DNA of 64,000 nucleotides. It comes from Pseudogymnoascus verrucosus (Eukaryota). The first letter of the stretch is position 1; the number at the start of each line of letters is the position of its first letter. The DNA is taken from assembly GCA_001662655.1 (NCBI GenBank), contig KV460218.1. One strand, 5' to 3'. The notes beneath the pieces were generated by a model that searched no databases, was not told the origin of the DNA, and saw nothing but the letters and a program-made list of their open reading frames with translations. This document shows, in pieces, positions 25,777 through 38,179 of this stretch. The translations under genes and the position numbers were made by a program.

Positions 25777-25909
25777 AACCATGCACCGCAAACCATAAAC
25801 CATAAGCCGTAGGCCACAAGCCATAAACCATGAAGCATAAACCATGAAGCATAAACCATGAAGCATAAACCGTGAACCATGAACCGTGAGCCATGAATCA
25901 TAAACCATG
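25777..25909. repeat. Degenerate 7-bp minisatellite, about 19 units (AACCATR/AAGCATA/AACCGTG)
   Basis: Reads in exact 7-nt register: aaccatg caccgca aaccata aaccata agccgta ggccaca agccata aaccatg aagcata aaccatg aagcata aaccatg aagcata aaccgtg aaccatg aaccgtg agccatg aatcata aaccatg. Confidence 0.85.
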
Positions 25910-25925
25910 TAAAGTAAAGAAAGAC

Positions 25926-26032
25926 TGAGAAAATGAAAGCAAAGTTGTGATCTGTACAAGTGAATTTCCGCCGATGAAGAATGAGAAAGTGAAAGCAAAG
26001 TTGTAATCTGTACAAGTGAATTTCCGGCGATG
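25926..26032. repeat. Direct repeat, 51 bp x2 (period 56)
   Basis: TGAGAAARTGAAAGCAAAGTTGTRATCTGTACAAGTGAATTTCCGSCGATG at 25926 and 25982, three mismatches. Confidence 0.9.
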
Positions 26033-26294
26033 TATGAATGGGTCATTGGCGGCGCAGTAAACTTGCACCCAGTTGCTGCTGTCCGGTAGCAAACATAGCA
26101 GCATGATTCTCGGCCCATTACACCGAAGTAGCCAAACAAGTAAAACCCCCAGCAAGTTTGCATCTTGACAAACTGCCAATGAAAGTATGTCCAGTTGAAC
26201 ACAATGCGAATTCCGGTGGTATAAGTCGGTATAGTCGCTCGAAACGAAATACCCCCATTGATTCTGGGAGGTATATATACGCCGACATCGAATA

Positions 26295-29200
26295 TTACCA
26301 TTGAGGGGACAAGATCTCCTCTATATCGAATTTCATAATCTCCGCCACAGCCTTGGAAGCCTCTTTCATACTCTCCTTACTTATAGCGTATTTAGACTGT
26401 TCGTATTCAGCTTCGAATGCCGAGACAGGATCGGGCTGCTCAGGTCCAGCGTCTTTAGCCTTTGGAGCCTCAATTGCTGAAGAAAAAATGGAGCGCTCAG
26501 GTCCAGCCCCTCCGGCCTTGGCCGCTGCAACAGGCGTAGTATGAGTGCCCGCATGGGAATGAGTGTTGCAATTGACACATGGGCTGTCCTTGCGCCCTCT
26601 CTTATCGTTTTTATCGAATAAGATTGCACTCATTGCACTGGCCCCGCCAAAGATTGTAGCCTGCTCCTCGTGGGTGATCCCAGCATCATCCCCACCCTGC
26701 GACTGCGCCAGATGGACTGCACCATATACAATGCCCCCAGTGTGGACGCCTGATTGACTACCATAAGGACCCTTGGAATGAAGACGGATTAAAAGACCTT
26801 TGTCTGTAGCTCCAGGAAGGGCATCCTTATCGTGCCATCTCATGGCACCGAGCGGGCTGCGGACGACCTGCAGATGAAAGTCCGTATCGAGGATCATATC
26901 AGGCGGACAATTGTGAGATGCTAGTATCCTCACACCCATACCAGTAATAGCCACTCCGCCTAGCGTCATGAAATCGCTGGTGGGAAAAAGCTCAGCGACG
27001 TATACTCTGTCGAATTTCAGGTTAAGAGCAACAGACTTTGCAGCAGCATCAGCTTGTGGGCGCCGGTGGGTATCCACAAACTCCAGAGTAGACATCCGAG
27101 TGTTGAACGAAGTAGGAGGAGTTGTTGCTTGGGTCGATGATCCCCCGGAGGTATTGAAGCTTCCAGTAGCGACGGTTGAACTGGAGCTATCAATCTTTGT
27201 CGCTTGAATGTGAGCTGCACGAATATCACTCTCGATCTGAAGCCTCTTGATTTCCGCCTCATGCTGCGAAATGCTGCGGATTGACTTCTTTCTCTGCCTA
27301 CGGATAGGTGCATCGGGATATTCGATTCGCAGAGCTGAAAATGCACCGTCAAGGACCTCTTGCACACTGAGCGGTGGAGCCCGTTGCTCATCGAATTCGC
27401 GCTGTGGTGTATTCGGGCGGGTTTCATCAAATCCGCGCTCTGGTGTATTCGGGTGGGGTTCCCCTGCCGCAGAAGTTAGATCAGAGCCAGAGTACGGTCT
27501 CGGCGTGCAGGTCCTCATTATTGGAGAATATGGCCTCGCCGGATAACCAGCCAGGAGAGGAGACTTTAGTTCCCGAGTGAGACCCCGCGAGGTGGGAGAG
27601 TCTGGTCTCCAAACGAAACCCTCTGAAGGGGGAGAATCTGAACCCCTAGCGGATCGTCCTCCAAGGGGGGAGTCTGGCCCCTCGTTATCGCTTCCAAGAA
27701 GCGCATAATCCGATTTCACAGCATCTATCTCCTTTGCTGGAGTACTCGAGTTCACATCAACAGAATAATATGTGACATTGGCATGGGCTCCATTCATGTA
27801 CGGCGCGAGGAGCTGTTCTTCAGAGTCACGTGCCGTGTCGTCGTCCTCTGATTCAGTAGCAAATCCCGCCATAAGCTCTTCGAAAGTAGCAGGGTATTTA
27901 ATCTCTTCTTCATCCTCTCTTGGCTCTCCACAGAGCAAGCGATGGGTCTCTTCGTGCATCCAGAGACTTCTAGGTCTAGCTGGTGGTTCACCCTCGAGGC
28001 AAGTCGGATCCCATACCTCAGTAATAGCTTCCGATTGACGTGAGTGGAGGCTTTGCTCAGAAAACGATTTCTCCAGAACTGTATTGAGCTCGACTGCACA
28101 CACGGCCGCATATTCGGCCAGGTTGTGTCGCTGCAGCGCCGGGAAAGAATCTCTCGGCGCGCGCCCGAAGATGGCGAAGACTCCAACAGCTTCACCGTTC
28201 TTGGAAAGAATGGGTGCTCCAGCAAAGAATCTGATGTATGGCTCATTTACAACCAGCGGATTTTTGGCAAATCTCCAGTCCTAAAACAGTCAGTCTCGGT
28301 AGGAATCATTGGATAAACTGAAATACCTTTGTGGTGTCAAGGATTACCAAGACTTCGGCGGTCAAGAGAGCATGAGCTGCAATGCTCACCGATCGCTTTA
28401 TCATTCGGCAATTATAGGTAGATTCGGCCTTGAGAATCTCATTGCTGTTGTCGATTAGGCTGATAGATACCCCCGTGACTGCGAATTCTTCCTTCGAGGC
28501 TTGCACAAGATCTTTCGCCCTGCTTTCTTGAAGAGGGCTCCAAACACGTTCGATGGTGAACAATGAAGCTATCCTTCCTTCCTCGTTCACAGGATCCATA
28601 GCTGGGCAAAATGAAAATTGCTCGTCCATGACGGGAGGCTTGGGAGGGTTCGAGTTACTAATTAGACCCTACATTGCCAGCATATTAGTTAATAGTTGGA
28701 TATACGGATTCCAGAATAACTCTTACCGCGCGGAGTTGTTCTAAATACGAGATCCATTCATGCTTGTTTCTGAGGTCTGGTAGGTATGCCGCCTCTGCAA
28801 TCTCGTATACAGTCCGAAGAAGCCGCATATCAATCGGACGCGATTGCGGTGGTCCAGATCGAGGCTCGTGAACATGCTGGAGTGGATAGTCATCGGAGAA
28901 GGACGACCTAAAGTCGCCAACCTCTTGCACATCCGTCCAAACTGCTGGTCCGCTGATAGACCCAGAAGATTCGTTCCACGTTCCGGGCACCATTTCTCTT
29001 TGGTAGGCCCCATGTGGGATGGCAGTTTGTTCGGGGTTAAAGTGATTATTGCCAGGCTCCTTGTAAGTTATAATGGACTTTCCGTCGAATGACCATTTCA
29101 TATTAGTAGGCGGTGAGATGATCACCGAATCAGTTGAGTGGTTGTTGTCTTCCCGGTTGCCCGGATTTGATACCTTCCCTTGCTGTTTGAGTGCAGCCGC

Positions 29201-29560
29201 CTGTTCTTTCGCCTTCTTAGCATCTTGTTTCTCTTTTTCAGCAGCTACTTTAGCAAGGTGCTCTGGTGAGGCATGCATGATTTGAAAAATCTGCTCCGGC
29301 GTCGGTGGCGGGAGGTGGTCAGGAAACGTCCAGAAGCCTGGCTTCTTGACGTCGGCATTAACTGATTTGCCAGTTTTGTCTGGCTTACCCGACCCCTTGA
29401 AGAGATTCTTGAAGATATTCCTGCTGCTCTTTGTGACCGAAGCAGGTTGCTGAATAGTCGAGTCGTCAGCGTAGTGGAGAATACCTTCGCTATTGTGCGG
29501 AAACCCTTTGATGGCCTCACGACCATTGAATGGCGACCCGTCACCCGAATTAGGAGCCAT
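26295..29560 (-). CDS. GAF-domain protein (about 1053 aa)
   Basis: Three in-frame exons (29560-28727, 28668-28327, 28280-26295). The spliced product contains EEGRIASL..VSISLID..RSVSIAAHALL..LVILDTTKDWRFAKNPLVVNEPYIRFFAGAPILSKNGEAVGVFAIF, a typical GAF signature. Confidence 0.8.
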
Positions 29561-30488
29561 ATTGACGGAGATCTAATCCAGTTCAAAGATCGAGGGGGTT
29601 TAATGCATGGATAGAATACGGAAGGCCGAGTATGACTTGAATAGATGAAAGCGGATGAGTGGTATGATGGGTGTGATAGGTGTTTGATGAAAGGAGCAAC
29701 TGGAACAAATCCGAGGAAGTAACTCGCTCAGAACCAAAACAGCAACTGAAGTGAATTCAAAACATTAAGTGAAGGTAAGTAATAGAGTTGGTTTGTGGGT
29801 GACCATGCTTAACAGCCAGACCACGTGCCACAGACTCTAGCTGGTGATAATGGCAACTGCATTGAATTGGAATCCCCTCAAAGGCCTGTGAAGACAAGCA
29901 GAAGAGATAATTTTCAAACGACTGAGAATAACAAGACCACAGGACAAGAGGCTCTCTTTCTTCCTGCGTGGAGTAGTAACTGTAATAATTTCGAGGCGGT
30001 TTGAATATGATAAAAAAGGGCTGGCTTATGAGGCGGCTCAGTATATCAGAACCACATGCCAGAGACCCCTTGCTAAGAACAGCAACTGCATTGGCAGAAC
30101 TACATGCCAGAAGCTCTTCTTACTTAAGAATAAAACAAGCAATGAATACAAAGCAGTGTGGATGTAATGACGGGTTGGATTTCGACCGTGGGCTCGTGGC
30201 TTACTTGCCAGAGTCTTTCCGCTGGGAACAGCAACTATAAGGAATTTGATGGGATGTGAAGGCAAATAAAAGGTGTGGTTTTACTTAGAACTGTTTCAAA
30301 GGGACACAAAAGGTTTACAGAACTGCATCTACTAAATTATGTGATCACTTCACACAGTGTTTGCACGCAGTTCTGAAATGGAAGGTTCATCAGCATTTTC
30401 ATTTGTTAAATGCAACAATCCTTAGCCCGTATTCCGGACAGAAATGCTATGCGAACCCCATGCCGAACCCCAACCGACAATAAACCGT

Positions 30489-31214
30489 TCAAAATCCTGC
30501 AATTGATGTTAGTGGCTGCCTTTTCAATCTCGTCGCATACAGTAATTGGTATGCATCTCGCTTGGTACGTACTGAGAGGAGTGAAGAACCATCTGTTCTT
30601 GCCCGAGGTATAACGCTCCTCCAGTGCCTTCTTGACAGTCTTCTTTGCCTCCTCACGCTGCGAAACCTCCTTGAAGGTATCGGCAGTGACAACACCCTTG
30701 AGTCCCTCCAGCTCGAGCGTGTAGCGTGTTGGCATCAAGTGGTTGTAGTTGATGACCTTGATGAAAGGCTTGACCTTGGAGCGCTTGGTCTGGCGGGCCT
30801 TGGACATGCGGCGGGTGATCTGAGACGGGTAGCGCTCAATACCGGCGACCAGTGCGTGAGGGTATGGGTGCGACTTGTTGCCGGAATCCTGGGGTTGGAT
30901 GATCACAACCTATTGGACCTGTATTAGCCATTTGCTCATGTTCGCACTCCATGTCCACGCTCTGCCAATGCCCAATTCGCGCTCAATATTTTTCAGTCGC
31001 ATCGCATAATCGATTTATATCAAGCCGTCGCAGTATTGGATTTCGTATCTGGGAGTGGAGGGGCGGAAGAGCAATTTCGTCTCACCTTCTTTCCGGCAAA
31101 TCTGCCCCGGGTGATGATGGCAACACGGCCAACCTTGAGGACTATTTAAAACCATAATCAGCGACAGGTTCTGGAGTATTCGTTTTGTGACCAGTATAGC
31201 TACTTACACTTCAT
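30489..31214 (-). CDS. RPL27: 60S ribosomal protein L27 (eL27)
   Basis: [70 protein letters not shown]; three introns. Confidence 0.97.
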
Positions 31215-31775
31215 GTCGGCTTTCGTTTGGCGTTGAGTTGTTGGGTCGATTCGTAGAGTCCCTCGTCGAAATGCACACTACCCAATTTCGAAAGTTTCGC
31301 TTGCTTGGAAAGAGCCGCAAGGGCTCGCAAACCCTAGAGGTAGATAGATGTGCGGAAGGAGCGGAGGGGCGGAGGGGCGGAGTGGCGGAGGAGGGCGGAA
31401 AGTCTTGGCGACCCAAAATTTCCGATTGGTCCGTTACCGCATCAAACGCGCTACTCTGATACGGACTAGCGTATAGTGGTTGCCGAGTAACGAACTGATA
31501 GTAAACAAAACTTGCAAGGGCCAACCACGTCAGAGGTGCGAGGGTTCAATTGTATATGCCCAAAGCGGCAACATCGATTATCTCGTCTCTTCTCGTCGCA
31601 TCGCTGGCAATATACTCCCCGAGTACCCCACTGACCCTGCTTTGCTACCCCATATACCATACAACACACTATACAAGCTGTCTCAAATTACTCGAACCTC
31701 ACAAATATAAACCATTGCATACTACAGCCGGATGTCAACATCCTAAGTGACAATTCTCGCCTTGCGATAGTAACG

Positions 31776-34700
31776 ATGCCACTCAATGAGATGGACAGCT
31801 CGAGGGAGAACGAGAGGCGATTGAGGCACCAGAATTCCGGCTCCATCGATTTTGGCAAGGCCATGATCCCCATGTAAGAGTGCTCCATGTTACGCAACAT
31901 GCTCAAACGTCGCTGACAATAACTGCTAGGTGGGATAGCTCTGATCCGGACAGAGCACCTCCTCCACTTCCATTAAACCCCTCATCACCAAGTGTCACCT
32001 CGCGGCCGAATACGTCGACTGCTATACAATCAGCACACGCAGCCCTCACAGAGAGGGGCCGAGAAGGTCCACTCGCCGCGAATAGTGCAGTAAAGCGCAT
32101 GGAAACTCCAGAGAGATCTCTTATCAAGGGCGCTGCACACAAGCGCATGCAGTCATTACAGACAGGCCATGTACGAGACCTAAGCAACTTCATAGATGGT
32201 GGGGGCTTGTCGCCGACGAAGTCACCCGAGAGATCGTCGGAGAGGACGCCTCAACGTCCTCCATCACCAGATAAGAAGGACGACGAAGAAAACAACGATA
32301 TGGCGAGATCACCAGAGAAAGAAAACAGCCGCTCAGCTACACCTACAGCGGCTCCTACACTACGAGAAAACTTCAACGTGCGGCCATCACTACGCCGACC
32401 ACAATCGAGCATTCTGAGCGACAGCAGTTCCCCACAGTCTGCCACGATGCTGGCCTTACAATCTATGTCCAACAGAGAGAGCCGAGAAAGTCGGGAAAGT
32501 AGGGAGAGTGCAAGCCCGCCACCTCCGGCGACCACTAATAACTCTACTGCGATGGTGCGCGTCCCGCAAAGTTTTGACGCTATATCAAACCAGATTCTCA
32601 GCCTCACGAGCATTGCGACGAGCCTTCAACGTGAGATGGCCCAGCTGAATCGCCGAAGCAAAGATAACGCCACAGACTTGGTGAGCCTGAAAGAGGCAAC
32701 AAATGCGCGAGACGAAGATATCAGGAAAAGCCTTCGCGACCTTTCTACAAATCTGACTACGCCTACAAATCAATCACCCTACATGCTACGCTCAAGCGAG
32801 AACTATATGCTCGACGATAAACCCCATACCCCGCAATCAAGGAGCGTGAAGTCTATTTCGCTGCCACGGATACCAAGCCCAACCTCATTTTCGGCATCAA
32901 TCGATCGCGGACTAACGGGGACCCCGGCCCCGACCTCTTACAACCCCGACGGTTCTGCATCCATCGCCCTCCTGGAGAAGGTTTTGAGAGAAATGGGGAC
33001 CAAAGAAGGCCAAGACCTGCTCGTGTCCCGCTTAACTGAAGTCTCCAACCTGCTCTCCCATGACGGGATGGAGACAGCGAAGAAGATGGACGAGGTTCTG
33101 GATTTAATCAAAGAAGGTTCTGGTCACCGTGCGCTGGTTGTCAACAAAAGTGGCGGCAACAATTCCAGGCCTCGTGACTTCAGCTTCGAACAGCCTCCAA
33201 AATCAGAAGTAGATTACGATGGACTCCGTTCAGGACCTATGGTTAGTCGTGTGGAGAATCTTCTTGGCGGTGGGTTGAAGGAGAGTGGGAAGTCTCGCGC
33301 GTCCGACATCATCAATGAAGACGTGTTGAAGTTAATCAAAAGCATTAAAGATAGTGTGGCACAAGGCGGCGGACTTACAGCTGAAGTCAAGGCCCTCGTG
33401 CGTGAGCTTCGGGGTGAAGTTCTTGGAATGGGCCGTGATATTGGGAGGAAACTCGAACAGGCAAGGAGCGACCCCAGCGCTTCATCCCAAGACGCAGCCG
33501 CCTCGAACGAACAGGTAGCTCAGATTATAAACGAGGGGCTTCTGGATCTCAAACAGCATCTGGATCACGTAATGCGAGAAGCTCGTCGGCAATCATCGTC
33601 ATCAGCCATATCTCGAAGCAATGTTGATGGCCAAGAGGTATACCACGCCGTCAGAAGTGCTCTCACCGACACCCAGCCCGCCGGAGTTGCAAAGGAAGAT
33701 GTCATAGATGCAGTCCGAGAAGCATGGGAGAACTACAAGCCAGATATCGAGCTGCAGCACTTCGGATTAGAGCGTGAAGAGATGCTAACATGCCTCAAGG
33801 AAGGCATCCAAGAGTATATGCCTCAAGACACTGGTCGCGAAGTTGGCGCCACACGAGAAGAGGTGTTTGTAGCTGTTGTCGAAGGCCTGAAACACTTTAC
33901 GCCACCTCAAGTTGAGACAGAGGCAAGCCTCTCGCGGGATGAAATCCTTGACGCAGTGAGGGAATGCCTGGAGGAGTTTGAATTCCCATCTGCCCCTCCA
34001 CCAGAACCCAGAGATATCGATACCATGAGAGAGGACATGCTCGATGCTGTTACAGAGGGTTTGAGTCGCTTCGATTTTCCAATCCAAACTATGCAAGGCA
34101 ACGAACTTAGCCGCGATATTGGAGGAGATTCTCTGACGAAGAATGATGTTTTCGATGCCGTCAAGGCGGGTCTAGAGGATATACCACAAACTTCCGATGC
34201 CTACGGCGAGCAAATTCATGAACGTCTCCAAGAAGTTCTTGACGCTATGCACAGTGAATTTAGGGCTGTTTCTGACGAAGCTAAGCAGAATGTGGCAGCT
34301 CATGGGCGGGACACCGAACAAGTTCTTGATGCGACCAAGGATGGTTTCGAGAAGCTCCGAATCGACATCGAGACCTACGTTGACCGTGCTGCTGACGTTA
34401 CCGGAAAGGACGAAATTATTGATTGCATAAGGGACAACTTCGATGGGCTACGTGAAGAGTTAGCGCACACCATGGCTCATGGCTCGGATGTTTCAATGGA
34501 ATCTGTCAGGCACGAACTGAACAGCTTCCGTGAAGAGTTAGCACACACCATGGCTCAAGGCTCGGATGTTTCAATGGAATCTGTCAGGCACGAACTGAAC
34601 AGCTTCCGTGAAGCAATAGCCACCTCTGTCGTCCCAACGGGATCGAGTGTTGATAGGGACGAGATCCTTTCTACCTTGAGAGATGGTCTAGATGGTCTCC

Positions 34701-37537
34701 GAGCAGATATGGACAGGCCGAGGGATAGTGGTGAGAGCATCTTATCTGGAACAGGGGAGATTCTAGACGCTCTTCATGACGGACTCAATAGCTTGAGGGT
34801 CGAAGTTGAGAGGATTGGTAGCAAGCCTGTTGATATGACAGTGAACTACGAGATTCTGGACACCCTCAAGGCTGGCATGGAGGGCTTGAGGCTTGATATC
34901 GACCGTCTTCGTGACAGTGGATTACACGACAACCATAGCAGCAACGGCGACAGGGACATTGCCGCAATTACTAGCGGTGCGGTAATTGCTACCGAGGGTC
35001 TCAAACGGAACGACATTGAGAACCTCGAAGTGTTAATCTCTCAGTTGGGAGCTAAGGTTGAGTCACTCGAAAATATGCCTCCCCAGTCAACGGTACCCCC
35101 AGCGGATTCGGTGTGCAGAGAGGATATTATTCATATGGAGGAGACCTTACGTCATGTGCAGGAATCTGTTGTGGAAATGTCAGGCCGACAGCCTTCCCAG
35201 GTCAGCGAGGAGAGCGTACACAAGGAGGATTTTGAGGCCATTGAGACACTCCTTCGGAACACCAAAGCAAAAATCGATGATTTGGACCCGGAACACCTTG
35301 TCAAGAAGGATCATCTTGACGCCGTCGAGGATATTATCAGAGAGACTCGAGACTCAATCAGCGATATCTTAGCTCAAATTCCAGAAACGGCAAAGCGAGA
35401 GGATGTTAGCATTGTGGAGGCTCTGGTAAAAGACGTTATGGTCATGCTTCAGGATGTCAAAGATGTCTCAGAAAATGATGGTAACGTTGGAATCATTGTA
35501 CTCGGCGTCAAAGATCAAATTGACAAGATGATCACCGACGATCTTGCCGGACTTGCTAGCAAGGAGGATGTTAATACCCTCGGTGACATAGTCAAAGACA
35601 TGAAGGATGCAAACAATACCGCCTTCGAGGAACGCCAGGCAGAAATCGTCGGTGTCGGCGAGCGAGTCAGTGAAGTCAAAACACTCCTCGAGGAATTCAG
35701 AGACGCAGTTAAGTCGAAAGTCGAAGAAGGCACTGCAGGAGTAGACTCGATCAGCAAGCTCCTGGAAGGTCTGGGGCCTGTTATCAGTTCCAATGCCAAC
35801 ATCACCGAAGATGTCAAGGAGGTCTTGGAAACCATTAAAGTTGAGTTCGAACAATCCAATGCTGGGGTTGTAGGCGCGAAGCTAGAATCCGACGAGAAGT
35901 TCGAAAAGACCTGGGAAAAGATTGACGAGAAATTCGAGGACTTGATGCTAAAATATGACGATGCCCAGCTAGCGGCAGAGTCCAAAGAGAAATCGGGCGA
36001 AGAGAGGAGGGTCGAGTCTGATGCCGCACTCCAGGATACGAAGGCGATTGCGGAAGAGCTAAAGTTGCTCATCAACACGCTCGGCTCCACCTTGACTGAC
36101 TCGGTTGATAAGATGGAAGAGGCTTCAAAGACAGTCTTCAATCGTGTTGAGGATACCTATTCGAAACTCGAAGAGACCCATACTGAGGTTAGGACCGAGA
36201 ACCAGCTCACTCGTGATCAAGTCATGAAAACCCTTTGCGCAGTTGAAGATGTGCATTCCAACGTCAACGATTACAACCCGAAGATCCTCGATTCCATAAA
36301 GGATGTGCTATTAATTGTCGGTCAGCATTACGAACACTCCAAGACATCAACCGATACCATCCAAGAAAAGATCAAGGAGCGTGACGTCGCCTCATTGTCC
36401 TCTGTTCAAGGGCTGCTGCAAAATACGCCATCAAACAAATATGATGACGGAGAGGTTCAAGAGAAGTTGAACAAGCTCGTCGATCATATGCACTCTGCGG
36501 GCAAGTCGTTTGCCCAACTGGATATGCTTGACGAGATCCATCGTAAGGTAATGCAAACAGCCGCCGAGGTTTCCGAATTTGTGTCTATCCAAACGCAGCG
36601 CATCTCCAACGATCACGAGGACAAGGTCAAGGAGGCCGATGAGGCAGCAATTACGCTCGAGAAGAGACTGGCAGAACAGGAACGTGTCGAAGCAGACGTT
36701 GCCAGGCAACGCGCTGAGGAGCAGCAGCTGAAAGACTCTGTAGCCTCGCTCAAGGCAGAGCAAGACGGTCTCTTCCAGCAAAAGATGCGTCTTTCAGCCG
36801 ACGTCTCAAGCCTCGAGACAGCCCTCCGCATCCGCCGTGAAGAACTTCACAACATGGAAGCCCGCGCTGAAGGGCTCGAGCGCCGCATCCTCGAAGGTGT
36901 CATCGACCACTCCCGTGCCTTCCTAATCGGCAAGACCAAAGGCCGCGACCTGATGAACCTTAAGCGTGTCCCCAGTCACGCAGCATCCACAACCGGCTCG
37001 GCAACGAGCGGCGCCAGCTCGTCACGGAACCGCTCCGCAGGCACGATGCACAGCGCGGTGGGCATGGCCATGAATGCTCCCCCGCGCGCTATCGTCAGCC
37101 ACCCGATCTCCAACCCCGCCGGCGCCTCGCGACGCAATTTCTCCCTCAACCAGATCACAAATAACGTCCCCACTGGCGGCGTCAAGCGCAGCCACAGCGT
37201 CAAGAACTCGAGTGGCAGCGGGGCACTGAGGAAGACGAGCTGGGGTGGTAGTATGCCCCGTCACGGCTACGGGGACTTGAATAAGGAGAACTTGGCGCTG
37301 AAGGAGAGTGATGAGGAGAGTGCCCGTGAGGATGATGGGGAGGTTAGTGATAGTGGGACGTTGAGGAGGAAGAGTGGTGGAACGGTGAGCACGATGACGG
37401 GGACGGATGTTAGTGGGAGCATTGACGAGGGGACCGAGTATAGCGAGTCAGAAGAGGGGAGCTATTATGACGACGACGACGAGTCCGCGGTGGGGGCCGA
37501 GGGGAGGGGAGTGGTGATGTATGAGCAGCCTGCTTAG
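31776..37537 (+). CDS. Large acidic coiled-coil protein (about 1900 aa), conserved-looking fungal hypothetical
   Basis: Exon 1 31776-31873, intron 31874-31929, then ..IPMWDSSDPDRAPPPLPLNP. Long heptad-rich regions and C-terminal LSADVSSLETALRIRREELHNMEARAEGLERRILEGVIDHSR. No Walker A motif seen. Confidence 0.8.
34451..34613 (+). repeat. In-frame 78-bp tandem duplication inside the coiled-coil gene
   Basis: REELAHTMA(H/Q)GSDVSMESVRHELNSF x2; copies start at 34451 and 34529 and differ at 2 nt. Confidence 0.95.
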
Positions 37538-38179
37538 TTGTCGGGATATTGTCTGTTTTGCTTGTGTTTTGCTTTTGTTTGTCTGTTGTCTTTGAGCGAG
37601 AGCGAAAATGGAAGCCACTATCTGAGTGTTCTTGGGTTTGGCGACGGGGAAGGGTGTTTGGAATTCGGCTGGGGGGAATGGGACGGGATTGATTGGGTGT
37701 TTGATGATGAAACTTCTTTTTCACTTTTTATTTTACTTTAGGGAAGCGATGGTGTTGTGGGGGGTTTTCCATAAGGGGGTTGAAGTGAATTGATTACTCT
37801 GAATTAAAACTTGTGTAGTATTTTGGATGACTTTGCTGTGATGGTGATCTCTCAGGTCTTGAATCTTAATATGGGGATGTGTGTTGCTACTTTCGATTTA
37901 TAAAGTTTGATTGTTTATTTGAAGGAATGTACTGTAACACTAGAGTTCGAACTTAATTTGGGGACTATAAATTTATGGTTATTATTTCAGGGCTCAATTA
38001 TAATACTTCAAAATTAAATATTTTGTGATAACTGCCTCATAATTTATTGGTGTCAGATTTTATTTTTTGTTTTAAATATCCCTATATGAGAGTCTTTTTT
38101 AATCTAGTTACAAAGTCCAAGATAGGATCTCTTTTTCAACCTATTCTATCCCCTTCTTTCTCTCCCAGATATAAACTTC

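Noticed and set aside
25777..25909. Interstitial telomeric repeat
   Set aside because: The unit is a 7-mer (TTTATGG-like on the minus strand), not the TTAGGG typical of filamentous ascomycetes.
30910..31085. Intronic snoRNA in RPL27
   Set aside because: No box C (RUGAUGA) with box D pair found on the sense strand.
31776..37537. SMC or chromosome segregation ATPase label for the coiled-coil protein
   Set aside because: No Walker A/B or ABC signature motif seen; any such similarity would be generic coiled coil.
37860..38130. AT-rich tracts as RIP-degraded transposons (also about 10050-10170 and 40610-40760)
   Set aside because: Short, with no terminal repeats or transposase/RT remnants; consistent with terminator or promoter DNA.
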